Shown: piece by piece, positions 1-9,866 of the stretch | Layout: each line of letters begins with the position of its first letter | Numbering within the stretch: the stretch's first letter is position 1 | Sequence record: DRR378314_740 | Length of the DNA: 48,913 bases | Direction: 5' to 3' (one strand) | The notes under the pieces: model-generated | What the model was told of the DNA's origin: nothing | The model's input: only the letters and a program-made list of their open reading frames with translations | Database searches by the model: none | Position numbers and translations under genes: made by a program

Positions 1-1
1 G

Positions 2-2545
2 GACCACCCGCTGGACTGCCTGACCTGCCCGGCCAACGGCGACTGCGAACTGCAGGACGTGGCCGGCGCCGTGGGTTTGCGGGAAGTGCGCTACGGTTTC
101 GAGGGTGAGAACCACCTGGACGCGGAAGTGGACGATTCCAACCCCTACTTCAGCTTCGACCCCAGCAAATGCATTGTCTGCTCCCGCTGCGTGCGCGCTT
201 GTGAGGAAGTGCAGGGTACCTTTGCGCTGACCATTGAAGGCCGCGGCTTCGACTCCAAGGTGGCGGCCAGCCAGAACGATCCGTTCATGGATTCCGAGTG
301 CGTGTCCTGCGGTGCCTGCGTGCAGGCCTGCCCCACTTCCACACTGATGGAAAAGAGCGTGATCGACGCCGGCCAGCCCGAGCACAGTGTGGTCACTACC
401 TGCGCCTACTGCGGGGTGGGCTGCTCGTTCAAGGCGGAAATGAAGGGCGATCAGCTGGTGCGCATGGTGCCCTACAAGGGGGGCGACGCCAACCACGGGC
501 ATTCCTGCGTGAAAGGCCGTTTTGCCTTCGGCTATGCCACCCACAAGGACCGCATCACCGAACCGATGATCCGGGACTCCATCAACGATCCCTGGAAAGT
601 GGTGTCCTGGGACGAGGCCATCGAGTTCTCCGCGAAGAAGCTCAAGGAGACCCAGGCGAAATACGGCCGGGAGAGCATTGGTGGCATCACCTCCTCACGT
701 TGCACCAACGAAGAAACCTACCTGGTGCAGAAGCTGATCCGCGCGGCATTCGGCAACAACAACACCGACACCTGCGCCCGAGTCTGCCACTCTCCCACCG
801 GCTTTGGCCTGAAGACCACCATGGGCGAGTCCGCCGGCACCCAGACCTTCGATTCGGTGATGAAGGCCGACACCCTGATTGTGATCGGTGCCAACCCCAC
901 CGACGCCCACCCGGTGTTCGCCTCGCAGATGCGCAAACGCCTGCGCCAGGGTGCGAAGCTGATTGTGATTGATCCGCGGCGTATCGACCTGCTGAAAACG
1001 CCCCACGGCACCGAGGGCATTCATCTGCCCCTGCGACCGGGTACCAACGTGGCGATGATCAACGCCCTGGCCCACGTTGTCGTGACCGAAGGTCTGGAGG
1101 ACAAGGCGTTTATCGAAAGCCGCTGCGACGCCAAGCCTTACAACAAGTGGCGTGAGTTTATCGCCGAGGAGCGCCATTCGCCGGAAGCCCTGGAAGCGGT
1201 CACCGGCGTGCCGGCGGACCTGGTGCGTCAGGCGGCTCGCGCCTACGGCGAAGCAGGCAACGGCGCCATCTACTACGGCCTGGGTGTCACCGAGCACAGC
1301 CAGGGTTCCACCATGGTGATGGGCATCGCCAACCTGGCCATGGCCACGGGTAATATTGGCCGTGAAGGGGTGGGCGTGAACCCGCTGCGGGGCCAGAACA
1401 ACGTTCAGGGCTCCTGCGATATGGGCTCCTTCCCCCACGAACTGCCGGGTTACCAGCATGTGGGCGACCCGGCAGTACGGGCCAGATTCCAGGACGACTG
1501 GGGCGTGACGATTGACGACGAGCCGGGGCTGCGGATTCCCAACATGTTCGATGCCGCCATCGCCGGCAGCTTCAAGGCCATGTACGTGCAGGGAGAGGAC
1601 ATCGCCCAGTCCGATCCCAACACCCAGCATGTGGAAGCGGCCCTCGGCGCCCTGGACTGCCTGATCGTTCAGGACATCTTCCTGAATGAGACCGCCAAGC
1701 ACGCTCATGTCCTGTTACCCGGTTCCACCTTCCTGGAAAAGAACGGCACCTTCACCAACGCGGAGCGCCGCATCAACCGGGTGCGCAAGGTCATGGCGCC
1801 GGTGGCGGGCATGGAGGACTGGGAAGTGACCATGGCGCTATCCAACGCGCTCGGGTATCCGATGAACTACACCCATCCGTCCGAGATTATGGACGAGATC
1901 GCCCGGCTGACACCGACATTCACCGGCGTCAGTTACAAGAAGCTCGACGAGCTGGGCAGTATCCAGTGGCCCTGCAATGGCGAGCATCCGGACGGAACGC
2001 CCACCATGCACACCCTCGACTTCCCCATCGGCAAGGGCAAATTTGCGGTCACCGAGTATGTGGCCAGCGAAGAGAAGACCAATCGCAAGTTCCCGCTGTT
2101 GCTGACCACCGGCCGTATCCTGAGTCAGTACAACGTCGGCGCCCAGACTCGTCGTACCAAAAATAGCGAGTGGCACAACGAGGATGTGCTGGAGATCCAT
2201 TCCAGCGACGCCGAACTGCGTGGTATTCGTGAAGGCGACTGGTTGGGCATCACCAGCCGTGTCGGCCAGACGGTGCTGCGGGCCAGGATCAGTGACCGCA
2301 TGCTGCCGGGGGTGGTCTGGACCACCTTCCACCACCCGGGTAGCGGTGCCAACGTGATCACCACCGACAGCTCGGACTGGGCCACCAACTGCCCGGAATA
2401 CAAGGTGACGGCGGTGCAGGTTGAGAAGGTGTCACAACCCTCGGAATGGCAGCGCCAGTTCCGGAACTTTGAACAGCGCCAGCATCGGTTGCTGGAGCCT
2501 GCGGTCAGCCCAACGGAGACGTCTGATGCCCCGGCGCTCAAGTAA
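2..2545 (+). CDS. fdsA: NAD-dependent formate dehydrogenase alpha (molybdopterin) subunit, 5'-truncated by the window edge
   Basis: Frame is open from base 2 (DHPLDCLTCPANGDCELQD). Fe-S motifs CIVCSRCVRAC, CVSCGACVQACP and TCAYCGVGC; active-site CARVCHSPT with Cys; PLRGQNNVQG; followed by fdhD and fdsD. Confidence 0.95.
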   Translation, partial: DHPLDCLTCPANGDCELQDVAGAVGLREVRYGFEGENHLDAEVDDSNPYFSFDPSKCIVCSRCVRACEEVQGTFALTIEGRGFDSKVAASQNDPFMDSECVSCGACVQACPTSTLMEKSVIDAGQPEHSVVTTCAYCGVGCSFKAEMKGDQLVRMVPYKGGDANHGHSCVKGRFAFGYATHKDRITEPMIRDSINDPWKVVSWDEAIEFSAKKLKETQAKYGRESIGGITSSRCTNEETYLVQKLIRAAFGNNNTDTCARVCHSPTGFGLKTTMGESAGTQTFDSVMKADTLIVIGANPTDAHPVFASQMRKRLRQGAKLIVIDPRRIDLLKTPHGTEGIHLPLRPGTNVAMINALAHVVVTEGLEDKAFIESRCDAKPYNKWREFIAEERHSPEALEAVTGVPADLVRQAARAYGEAGNGAIYYGLGVTEHSQGSTMVMGIANLAMATGNIGREGVGVNPLRGQNNVQGSCDMGSFPHELPGYQHVGDPAVRARFQDDWGVTIDDEPGLRIPNMFDAAIAGSFKAMYVQGEDIAQSDPNTQHVEAALGALDCLIVQDIFLNETAKHAHVLLPGSTFLEKNGTFTNAERRINRVRKVMAPVAGMEDWEVTMALSNALGYPMNYTHPSEIMDEIARLTPTFTGVSYKKLDELGSIQWPCNGEHPDGTPTMHTLDFPIGKGKFAVTEYVASEEKTNRKFPLLLTTGRILSQYNVGAQTRRTKNSEWHNEDVLEIHSSDAELRGIREGDWLGITSRVGQTVLRARISDRMLPGVVWTTFHHPGSGANVITTDSSDWATNCPEYKVTAVQVEKVSQPSEWQRQFRNFEQRQHRLLEPAVSPTETSDAPALK

Positions 2546-3407
2546 TCCGGGGTCAGCGGCCGTGGCGGCGCCGGAGCCCGATTCGCCAACAGGCTTCCCG
2601 ACGGTTCGCAAGACCGACGTGGACGTATGCGGCGGCATTGAGGGTGCCCCGTACCAGGATATCGTGGCCGAAGAGGTACCCGTGGCGATGGTCTACAACG
2701 GCGTTTCCCATGCGGTCATGATGGCCTCGCCCAGTGATCTGGAGGATTTTGCCCTGGGCTTCAGCCTGACCGAAGGCATTCTGGATCGCCCAAACCAGCT
2801 TTTCCAGATGGATGTGAACACAGTGGAAGACGGCATTTCTATCGAGATGCACATCGCAGGCGAGTGCTTTGCGCGTTTGCGGCACCAGAGGCGCAATATG
2901 GCAGGGCGAACCGGTTGCGGGCTATGTGGCACCGAATCCCTGGCTCACGCGGTTCGGGCAATACCCCGGGTTCCGCTTCACCCGGTACCGGGTGAAGACC
3001 TGGTACAGCAGGCTTTGCGCAACCTTCGGAACCACCAGCCTCTTCAAAAGCAGACCGGGGCCACTCACGGCGCTGCCTGGTGCGATAACCAGGGCCGCAT
3101 AGAGCGGGTCCGGGAAGACGTGGGTCGCCATAACGCACTGGACAAACTGATTGGTGCGTGTATTCGAGATTATGGCGATGCTGCCTTTGAAGACGGCTTT
3201 GCGCTGGTTTCCAGTCGCGCCAGTTTCGAGATGGTGCAAAAAAGCGCCAGCGTCGGTATCCCCTGCCTGGTCGCGGTTTCCGCCGCCACCGCCCTCGCTG
3301 TCCGGGAGGCGCGAAAAGCGGGCATGACACTGATTGGCTTTGCCCGCCCCGGGCGTCATGTCATCTACCACAATCCTAACAACGTTCCACGGGAGGCTGG
3401 ATCGTGA
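2526..3407 (+). CDS. fdhD: Formate dehydrogenase accessory sulfurtransferase FdhD/FdsC
   Basis: GRTGCGLCG, TGATHGAA, REDVGRHNALDKLIG and SSRASFEMVQK motifs; likely ATG at 2526 overlapping the fdsA end. Confidence 0.93.
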   Translation: MPRRSSNPGSAAVAAPEPDSPTGFPTVRKTDVDVCGGIEGAPYQDIVAEEVPVAMVYNGVSHAVMMASPSDLEDFALGFSLTEGILDRPNQLFQMDVNTVEDGISIEMHIAGECFARLRHQRRNMAGRTGCGLCGTESLAHAVRAIPRVPLHPVPGEDLVQQALRNLRNHQPLQKQTGATHGAAWCDNQGRIERVREDVGRHNALDKLIGACIRDYGDAAFEDGFALVSSRASFEMVQKSASVGIPCLVAVSAATALAVREARKAGMTLIGFARPGRHVIYHNPNNVPREAGS

Positions 3408-3625
3408 GCGATCAGCAGCTACACAACCTGATCCGGATGGTGAACCAGATCAGCGCCAATAACACCCATCACGACCATGAGTCAGAAGCCGTAGAAGCCG
3501 TGGCGGCGCATTTGAAGAAATTCTGGGCCCGCAGCATGAAACAGATAATCATTGAGTACGCGGGTAGCGACGGCTCGGAACTCCTGCCGGTGTCAAAGCA
3601 GGCCGTGGAGCGTCTCAAAAAGTGA
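3404..3625 (+). CDS. fdsD: Formate dehydrogenase delta subunit
   Basis: 73 aa with LIRMVNQI...VAAHLKKFW signature; GTGA overlap with the fdhD stop. Confidence 0.9.
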   Translation: MSDQQLHNLIRMVNQISANNTHHDHESEAVEAVAAHLKKFWARSMKQIIIEYAGSDGSELLPVSKQAVERLKK

Positions 3626-3643
3626 CACATCTTTTTTGCATTT

Positions 3644-3667
3644 CTAAATCGTAATCGTTAGCATTTG
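3644..3667. promoter_or_regulatory. Putative Fur box
   Basis: CTAAATCGTAATCGTTAGCATTTG; first 19 nt match 12/19 of GATAATGATAATCATTATC; lies upstream of a TonB receptor gene. Confidence 0.6.
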
Positions 3668-3737
3668 CGCCTCATTCACCTGAGGTGGCGCTTGTATTTC
3701 ACCCAAATGCAGGCGACGTGCATTCATTACTCGAGAA

Positions 3738-5870
3738 ATGCTTATGAACATTACGGAGTCACGAGGCCTCCTTCTGGGCCTTATCATGGCTGCTCCCAGC
3801 GTTGGCCTGGCACAAGCAGACACAGATGACGCCCGGAACAACGGTGTGACCAGTCTGCCGGACCTGATCATTACTGCCACACGCAGCAAGCGCACCGCCG
3901 AAGAAAGCCCTCATAAAACCACCATCATTACCCGCGAGCAGATCGAGCAACAGCAAGCGATTTCAAACGATCCGGGTCAGGTGTTGAGCAACCTGATTCC
4001 TTCGTATTCGCCAGGACGTCAAAAGCTGTCGAATGCCGGTGAAACCTTCCGTGGCCGGTCGCCGCTGTTTCTGGTTGACGGTGTTCCCCAGAGTAACCCC
4101 TTGCGGGACAGCGCCCGTGACAGCTACACCATCGACCTGGATATGGTGGAGCGTATCGAAGTGATCCACGGCGCCAGTGCCGAGCACGGCCTGGGTGCGA
4201 CGGGTGGCATCATCAATTTTGTGACCCGCAGGCCCGACAGTGGTGAGGTTTCCCAGTCTGTATCGGCAAGCGTGACCAGTGACGACAACGTGGACTCCGA
4301 TGGCCAGGGTTACAAGGTGGGCTACCGGATCAGTGGTCAGAAGGGCCGCTGGGACTATCTTCTGGGGGGGAGCATCCAGGAGCGCGGGGTCTTCTACGAC
4401 GGAGAGGACCGCCTGATCGGTGTGGCCTATCCCGGCGAACTTCAGAACACCGAAAGCTATGACGTCTTGGCCAAGCTGGGTTACTGGCTGGACGACGATC
4501 AGAACGTGGAGTTTTTCATCAACCGCTTCCAGCTTGAAGGCAAAGGCGGCTACGTCCCGGTGCCTGGTGATCGCGACAACGGCGTGCCCACAACCGCGCG
4601 CCCGGGCATCATTGACGGCAAGCCCGGAGAGAATGAAGTCACCACCGCCCGTCTTTCATACTCGCACGGCGATTGGCTTGGTAACCAGGTGGATGCCCAG
4701 TTCTACAGTCAGACTTTTCGGGCCCGGTTTGCGACCACGCCTTTCTTCCCCTACGTGGACGCCAATGGCAACAATCAGCTCGACCAGACCCGCAACGAAT
4801 CCGACAAGCTGGGCGCCAAATTCACCCTCACCCGCGACGGCCTGTTGAACGATCATCTGACCCTGACAGCGGGGCTGGATATTCTTGAGGATGAAACCCG
4901 TCAGATGCTGGTGGAAACCGGGCGTACGTACGTGCCCAAATCTCAGTTCCGTAACTATGCGGCTTTCCTGCAGGGCGATGTTGCGGTCACCGACCGTTTG
5001 ACCGTGCACAGCGGTGTTCGCCATGAACGTGCGGAGCTGAAGGTCGACACCTACAACACCATCGACCGTAGTAACGTCACCGATGACAACGTCACCGTCC
5101 AGGGCGGCAATCCGGACTTCGAGGAAACGCTTTTCAACGCGGGTGTTGTCTTCCAGGCGAACGATCATGTGCAGCTCTTTGCCAACTATTCCGAGGGCTT
5201 CGGCATGCCGGATGTCGGCCGTGTGCTTCGGGGGATCAGCGACTCGGGCCAGGATGTTGATAACCTGCTGGTGCTCGAACCCATTGTGACCGATAACCGC
5301 GAGGTTGGTGGTCGTTTCGATTGGGACCGCTACCATCTGGAGGTAAGCTACTACGAGTCGGATTCAGATTTTGGCGAGCGACTGACTGAGGAAAACGGCA
5401 CCTGGGTTGGAAAGCGCGAGAAAACCGAGATCCGGGGTGTGGAAGTCACCGCCGATGCGGACCTGAACGAAGCGCACAATCTGGCATTTTCCTATACCTA
5501 TGCCTCGGGCAAATCCGATACCGACGGGGATGACAAGGTGGACAAGAAGCTCACCGGCATCAACATAGCACCGAAAACCCTGCGACTGAGCTGGTCAGCA
5601 GCCTGGACACCTGTGTTGTCGAGCCACCTCCAGTTCAGCCAATACCTGGATCGCGATATTGAGGGCGACGAACAGGACTTCGACGGTTACGGACTGCTGG
5701 ATGGCTCCGTGGCATACCAGACCCGTGCCGGGAAGCTTTCTCTGGGTGTTGAGAACCTGCTGGATAAGGACTACTTCACGTACTATTCCCAGTCAGCTCG
5801 GGTCAGTGACGAGTATTACTTCCAGGGTCGTGGCCGAACCATCACCCTTGGCTATCAGCTCGATTTCTGA
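3738..5870 (+). CDS. TonB-dependent siderophore receptor (IutA/RhtA-like)
   Basis: Signal peptide, TonB-box-like DLIITATR, plug motif FLVDGVPQ...ERIEVIHGASAEHGLGATGGIINFVT, C-terminal NLLDKDY...GRTITLGYQLDF ending in Phe. Confidence 0.92.
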   Translation: MLMNITESRGLLLGLIMAAPSVGLAQADTDDARNNGVTSLPDLIITATRSKRTAEESPHKTTIITREQIEQQQAISNDPGQVLSNLIPSYSPGRQKLSNAGETFRGRSPLFLVDGVPQSNPLRDSARDSYTIDLDMVERIEVIHGASAEHGLGATGGIINFVTRRPDSGEVSQSVSASVTSDDNVDSDGQGYKVGYRISGQKGRWDYLLGGSIQERGVFYDGEDRLIGVAYPGELQNTESYDVLAKLGYWLDDDQNVEFFINRFQLEGKGGYVPVPGDRDNGVPTTARPGIIDGKPGENEVTTARLSYSHGDWLGNQVDAQFYSQTFRARFATTPFFPYVDANGNNQLDQTRNESDKLGAKFTLTRDGLLNDHLTLTAGLDILEDETRQMLVETGRTYVPKSQFRNYAAFLQGDVAVTDRLTVHSGVRHERAELKVDTYNTIDRSNVTDDNVTVQGGNPDFEETLFNAGVVFQANDHVQLFANYSEGFGMPDVGRVLRGISDSGQDVDNLLVLEPIVTDNREVGGRFDWDRYHLEVSYYESDSDFGERLTEENGTWVGKREKTEIRGVEVTADADLNEAHNLAFSYTYASGKSDTDGDDKVDKKLTGINIAPKTLRLSWSAAWTPVLSSHLQFSQYLDRDIEGDEQDFDGYGLLDGSVAYQTRAGKLSLGVENLLDKDYFTYYSQSARVSDEYYFQGRGRTITLGYQLDF

Positions 5871-5886
5871 TCAGCCGGTTTTTCCA

Positions 5887-5911
5887 CAGCCCGGGGCCAT
5901 ACTCCGGGCTG
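5887..5911. terminator. Hairpin between convergent receptor and permease genes
   Basis: CAGCCCGGGG-CCATA-CTCCGGGCTG stem-loop. Confidence 0.55.
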
Positions 5912-5916
5912 CATCC

Positions 5917-6963
5917 TTACCCCAGGTCCCGCCTGAGTCGGTATAGCAGGTAAACGAAAAACGGCGCACCAATACCGGCCACAAATACACCGGCTGGCAA
6001 GTCCCTGGGTATGAAAGCAACCCGCCCGATCCAATCCGCGTACAGAAGAATCAAGGCACCGATCAGCGCTGCAATGGGTAATAGCCCCGTGTGGCCGCTG
6101 GTAACCAGCCGCCTTGCCATATGGGGTGCCACCAGGCCAATGAATCCGATCGCGCCTGCATAGGCCACAGCAGAGCCGGCCAGTGCAACCGCAAGCACCA
6201 GGAACAGAAGCCGGTGGCCCTGAAGGGCGCTACCCAGGCCCTGGGCCATGTCCTCCCCCATCGCCTGGGCATCCAGGTGGCGCAGTTTCATCAAAGCGAT
6301 GGGCCAGCACACCATCAGCCAGGGCGCCAGGGCCGTCACATCATTCCATTGCGACGCGTAGAGACTGCCGGTCAGCCAGATATAGGCGCTCATGGCGGTG
6401 GCGTCGGGGCTCAACACCAATAGCAGAGTGGTTGCCGCTGACAGCGCTGCGGCCAGGCCGACACCGACGAGGACCAACCTGTAGGGGCTGATGCCCTGGT
6501 GCCAGGCGAGGGCGGTAATACACAGTGCCACGGTAAAGGCACCGCTCATGGCAACCGGTGCCAACAGCAGTGACGTGCCGGTAACACCCCCCAGCCAGAG
6601 AAACAGTACCGCCGCCGCAGAGGCACCGCTGGTAATGCCGATCACATCCGGAGATGCCAGCGGGTTCCTTACCAGGCCCTGAAGGATAAGGCCCGCCGAG
6701 CCCAGAGCACCGCCAACCAGGATAGCCATGATCAGCCTTGGCAAACGGATTTCCAGGATGATCAGTTCGAGTTCGGAGCGTGATGGGGCAAGCAGTGTGG
6801 TAAGCACCTCCATAAACGAGGTGGGATGGCTGCCTGACGCCAGAGCCATGACACTGCTGCCGGCCAGCAACACCAGCAGGGCGAGCGTAACCACCAGTAC
6901 CCTGATATTCAGCTTCACCGACCAGCGGTCGTTAGGGGTTCGGAGGATGAGGGCGCGGCTCAT
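5917..6963 (-). CDS. Iron-siderophore ABC permease (FecCD family)
   Basis: RLPRLIMAILVGGALG, RNPLASPDVIGI, GAIGFIGLVAPH motifs. Confidence 0.93.
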   Translation of the reverse strand: MSRALILRTPNDRWSVKLNIRVLVVTLALLVLLAGSSVMALASGSHPTSFMEVLTTLLAPSRSELELIILEIRLPRLIMAILVGGALGSAGLILQGLVRNPLASPDVIGITSGASAAAVLFLWLGGVTGTSLLLAPVAMSGAFTVALCITALAWHQGISPYRLVLVGVGLAAALSAATTLLLVLSPDATAMSAYIWLTGSLYASQWNDVTALAPWLMVCWPIALMKLRHLDAQAMGEDMAQGLGSALQGHRLLFLVLAVALAGSAVAYAGAIGFIGLVAPHMARRLVTSGHTGLLPIAALIGALILLYADWIGRVAFIPRDLPAGVFVAGIGAPFFVYLLYRLRRDLG

Positions 6964-7973
6964 GACAGTTTCCTCACTTGCCGGGCAAGATGGAGGAACA
7001 GGGGGGTGCCCAGCAAAGCGGTCATCACCCCCACCGGAATTTCCTGAGGTGGGATGATCAGGCGGGCCACAGTATCCGCCACCAATAGCAGGGTGGCGCC
7101 GAGGATGGCGGCCATAGGCAGAAGCCAGCGATGATCCGTGCCGAACACCCCCCGCGCCATATGCGGTACGATCAGGCCCACGAACCCGACCAGCCCCGCC
7201 ATGGCAACGGAAGTTCCCGCAAGTACGATGACGACGACGCCAATCAGCAGCCGTACCTGCCCCACCCGCAAGCCCAATCCGCGGATCACCTCGTCGTCCA
7301 GGCCCAACAGATTCAGTTGTCTTGACAGCAAGAGCGCGACGAGAAAGGCCAGGCCGAACAGGGGGAACAACGGCAGTACCGCACTCAGCTCGCGCCCTGA
7401 GACGGATCCGGCCAACCAGAACAGGATACTCTCGAAGCGATCCTGGTTGAGGATCAACAGGCCCTGGGCAAACGACACAAACAGGGCCGTCACCGCGACG
7501 CCGGCCAGAACGGTGCGCACCGGGGATATACCGCGCCCCGCTTCCTGCCCCAGGAAGTAGACCAGAATAGCGGCGGTGGTGGCACCGGCAAAGGCGGCCC
7601 AGACCAGTTCGGACGGTGAGTTCAGTGAAAATAACGTGGCAACGACGACCACAAAAAACATCGCGCCGGCGTTGATACCGAGAATGCTGGGCGATGCCAG
7701 AGGGTTTCGGGTAAGTGTCTGCATCAGCACACCAGCGATGGCCAGGCCAGCGCCCACAACCAAGGCGGTCAGCGTGCGGGAGAAGCGCTCGGTGCGAATC
7801 ACCAGATGTTCCAGGGAGCCTGGATCGTAATCCATCAGGCTGCTCGCTAGCATATCCAGCGATATCGGGATGTTGCCGAACAACAGGCTGGATACTGTGG
7901 CGGCCAGCAACAGGCCCAGACAGAACAGTGTTCCCGATGCCTTTGCAAGCAGGGAGGTCAGCATGTCACGCAC
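6960..7973 (-). CDS. Iron-siderophore ABC permease (FecCD family)
   Basis: TRNPLASPSILGINAGA and GFVGLIVPHMAR; start may be 7964. Confidence 0.93.
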   Translation of the reverse strand: MRDMLTSLLAKASGTLFCLGLLLAATVSSLLFGNIPISLDMLASSLMDYDPGSLEHLVIRTERFSRTLTALVVGAGLAIAGVLMQTLTRNPLASPSILGINAGAMFFVVVVATLFSLNSPSELVWAAFAGATTAAILVYFLGQEAGRGISPVRTVLAGVAVTALFVSFAQGLLILNQDRFESILFWLAGSVSGRELSAVLPLFPLFGLAFLVALLLSRQLNLLGLDDEVIRGLGLRVGQVRLLIGVVVIVLAGTSVAMAGLVGFVGLIVPHMARGVFGTDHRWLLPMAAILGATLLLVADTVARLIIPPQEIPVGVMTALLGTPLFLHLARQVRKLS

Positions 7974-8905
7974 CCCGCGACATCGGGCTGTTCCAGGTCG
8001 TAGTGCCGGTAGAGATCATCGAGCATCCGATTGGCGGCGATGATGCCCGCGCCCATGTTCCAGGTGACGGTGTCCACCTGGTAGACATCACCCTGCCGGA
8101 CAGCTTGCAGATTTTTCCACAGTGGGTGACTGGACCAGGCCTGGAAGGTGCGCTGAACGGCCGGATCGTCTTCCATGAAAATAAATACCGCCTCGGCATC
8201 CATCGCCGGGATGCTTTCCTGGCTGGTAAGCTTTATGCCCCAACCATCCTTGCGATGATCAGCCGGAGCGGAAAACCCCAGTTCGTCAAGGACGGAGCGG
8301 GCAAAGCCATCGTAGTAAATACGGGCATGATCCGCTCGGAAACTCAATATCGCCACCTCCTGGGGCCATTGCGCCTTCAGTTGGCGCTGTATCCGGCTTT
8401 TGAAATCGGTCACCCGTGCCCGCCATTGCGTCAGTAATGCCTCGCCCTGTTCTGTGCGCCCAGTGGCCTTGGCCATGAGTCTCAGGAGGGCCTTGAAGTC
8501 GTAGACGCTGCCCGGAATAACCGTGGGAGCAATGCGTTCCAGCAATGGATAGATGGCGCGGTGACGATACTTTGCCCCTACGATCAGATCCGGCGACAGC
8601 CAAGCGATGCGCTCCAGATCGGGTTGGGTTTCCAGGCCCAGGTAGACGACGTCTTGAAGGTCCTGCCGAAGGTACTGATACATGGGCTTCTGGGTCCAGG
8701 ACTCCACCACGCCCACCGGTTGAATACCCAGCGCCACGGCGGTATCGGTCGCGCCCTGGTAGAGGGAAACAACGCGAGTCGGGGTGCCCGGGATGGTTGC
8801 GCTGCCGAGGGCATGTTCCACGACGATACCGGAATCACTGGCTAGCGCCGTTTTGTGCAGAGTGAAACAGAGGGCGAGCAGGAGGAGGCTAGCGTAACGG
8901 AACAT
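7958..8905 (-). CDS. Iron-siderophore ABC periplasmic binding protein
   Basis: Signal peptide from ATG 8905 (MFRYASLLLLALC); HALGSATIPGTPTRVVSL, QPDLERIAWLSPDLI, PLWKNLQAVRQGDVY. Confidence 0.9.
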   Translation of the reverse strand: MFRYASLLLLALCFTLHKTALASDSGIVVEHALGSATIPGTPTRVVSLYQGATDTAVALGIQPVGVVESWTQKPMYQYLRQDLQDVVYLGLETQPDLERIAWLSPDLIVGAKYRHRAIYPLLERIAPTVIPGSVYDFKALLRLMAKATGRTEQGEALLTQWRARVTDFKSRIQRQLKAQWPQEVAILSFRADHARIYYDGFARSVLDELGFSAPADHRKDGWGIKLTSQESIPAMDAEAVFIFMEDDPAVQRTFQAWSSHPLWKNLQAVRQGDVYQVDTVTWNMGAGIIAANRMLDDLYRHYDLEQPDVAGCVTC

Positions 8906-8943
8906 GGTGAATCCGGATGATTGACGGCCGGCCACGTTGGGCC

Positions 8944-8976
8944 GATTTGATAATGAGAATGGGAGATAATATCATC
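8944..8976. promoter_or_regulatory. Putative Fur-binding site in divergent promoter
   Basis: GATTTGATAATGAGAATGGGAGATAATATCATC, an array of GATAAT-like hexamers between divergent iron ABC genes. Confidence 0.55.
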
Positions 8977-9002
8977 TGGGCTCACTTAAAAGCGACGCCC
9001 AC

Positions 9003-9866
9003 ATGCCTTTCAATCAACCTGCTCCAAACCCGGAATCCGCCGGCCAGCCGCGACTGCGCGGTGAAGCGCTCAGTGCTGGCTACAACGGCCATCAGGTGCT
9101 GACGAGTGTGGATTTCACGGTGCAGGATGGCAGTGTCACCGCGTTGTTGGGCCCCAACGGCTCCGGCAAATCGACCCTGCTGAAGACGCTGGCGCGGACT
9201 CTGTCGCCCACGGCCGGCCAAGTGTTGCTGGATGGCACCGATATTCATCGACAGGGCACTCGCGCAGTGGCTCAGCGCTTGGGCATACTGCCGCAGAGCC
9301 CCTCGGCACCAGACGGCCTGACGGTGAAGGAACTGGTCGGATTGGGGCGTTTCCCCTACCAAAGCTTGATGCGCCAATGGTCGCGGCGGGACGAAGCCGC
9401 GGTCGAGGAAGCCATGGCCATTGCGGATGTCGCAGCCTTTGCGGATCGGCCGGTGGATGCCCTCAGTGGCGGGCAACGCCAGCGGTGCTGGATTGCCATG
9501 GTGCTGGCTCAGGAGACCGGGTTGCTGTTGCTGGACGAACCGACCACCTTCCTGGATCTTAAGGTGCAGGTGGATCTCCTGGAGCTACTGGTATCCCTGG
9601 CCCACGATCAGGGCCGGACTCTCCTGGTGGTGCTTCACGACCTCAACCTGGCCGCGGCTTACGCCGACCGGTTGGTGATGATGAAAGCGGGCAGAATTCT
9701 GCATGACGGCCCGCCGGAGACGGTGTTTACCGCCCACAATCTGGAAGAGGTGTTTGGCCTCGATGCCCAGGTTATCCATGAGCCGCTGGCGGGGCGGCCA
9801 GTGTGTGTGCCTATTATGCGTCGGCAGGTAGTTGGTGCCGAAGAACCGTCGGAGGTAAGGGTATGA
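9003..9866 (+). CDS. Iron-siderophore ABC ATPase (FecE/FhuC-like)
   Basis: Walker A GPNGSGKST, LSGGQRQR, LLLDEPTTFLD, VLHDLNLAA. Confidence 0.95.
   Translation: MPFNQPAPNPESAGQPRLRGEALSAGYNGHQVLTSVDFTVQDGSVTALLGPNGSGKSTLLKTLARTLSPTAGQVLLDGTDIHRQGTRAVAQRLGILPQSPSAPDGLTVKELVGLGRFPYQSLMRQWSRRDEAAVEEAMAIADVAAFADRPVDALSGGQRQRCWIAMVLAQETGLLLLDEPTTFLDLKVQVDLLELLVSLAHDQGRTLLVVLHDLNLAAAYADRLVMMKAGRILHDGPPETVFTAHNLEEVFGLDAQVIHEPLAGRPVCVPIMRRQVVGAEEPSEVRV

Noticed and set aside
695-1708. Long antisense ORFs (also 20508-21317, 25878-27227, 27621-28571, 32368-33603, 46951-48489)
   Set aside because: Shadows of well-supported genes on the opposite strand caused by GC codon bias; no recognisable motifs.
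59-2545. Selenocysteine in formate dehydrogenase, or Sec read-through in island genes
   Set aside because: The active-site residue is a TGC Cys (CARVCH); the radical SAM ends TAG, and the reductase and phosphoesterase end TAA. No in-frame TGA candidate seen.
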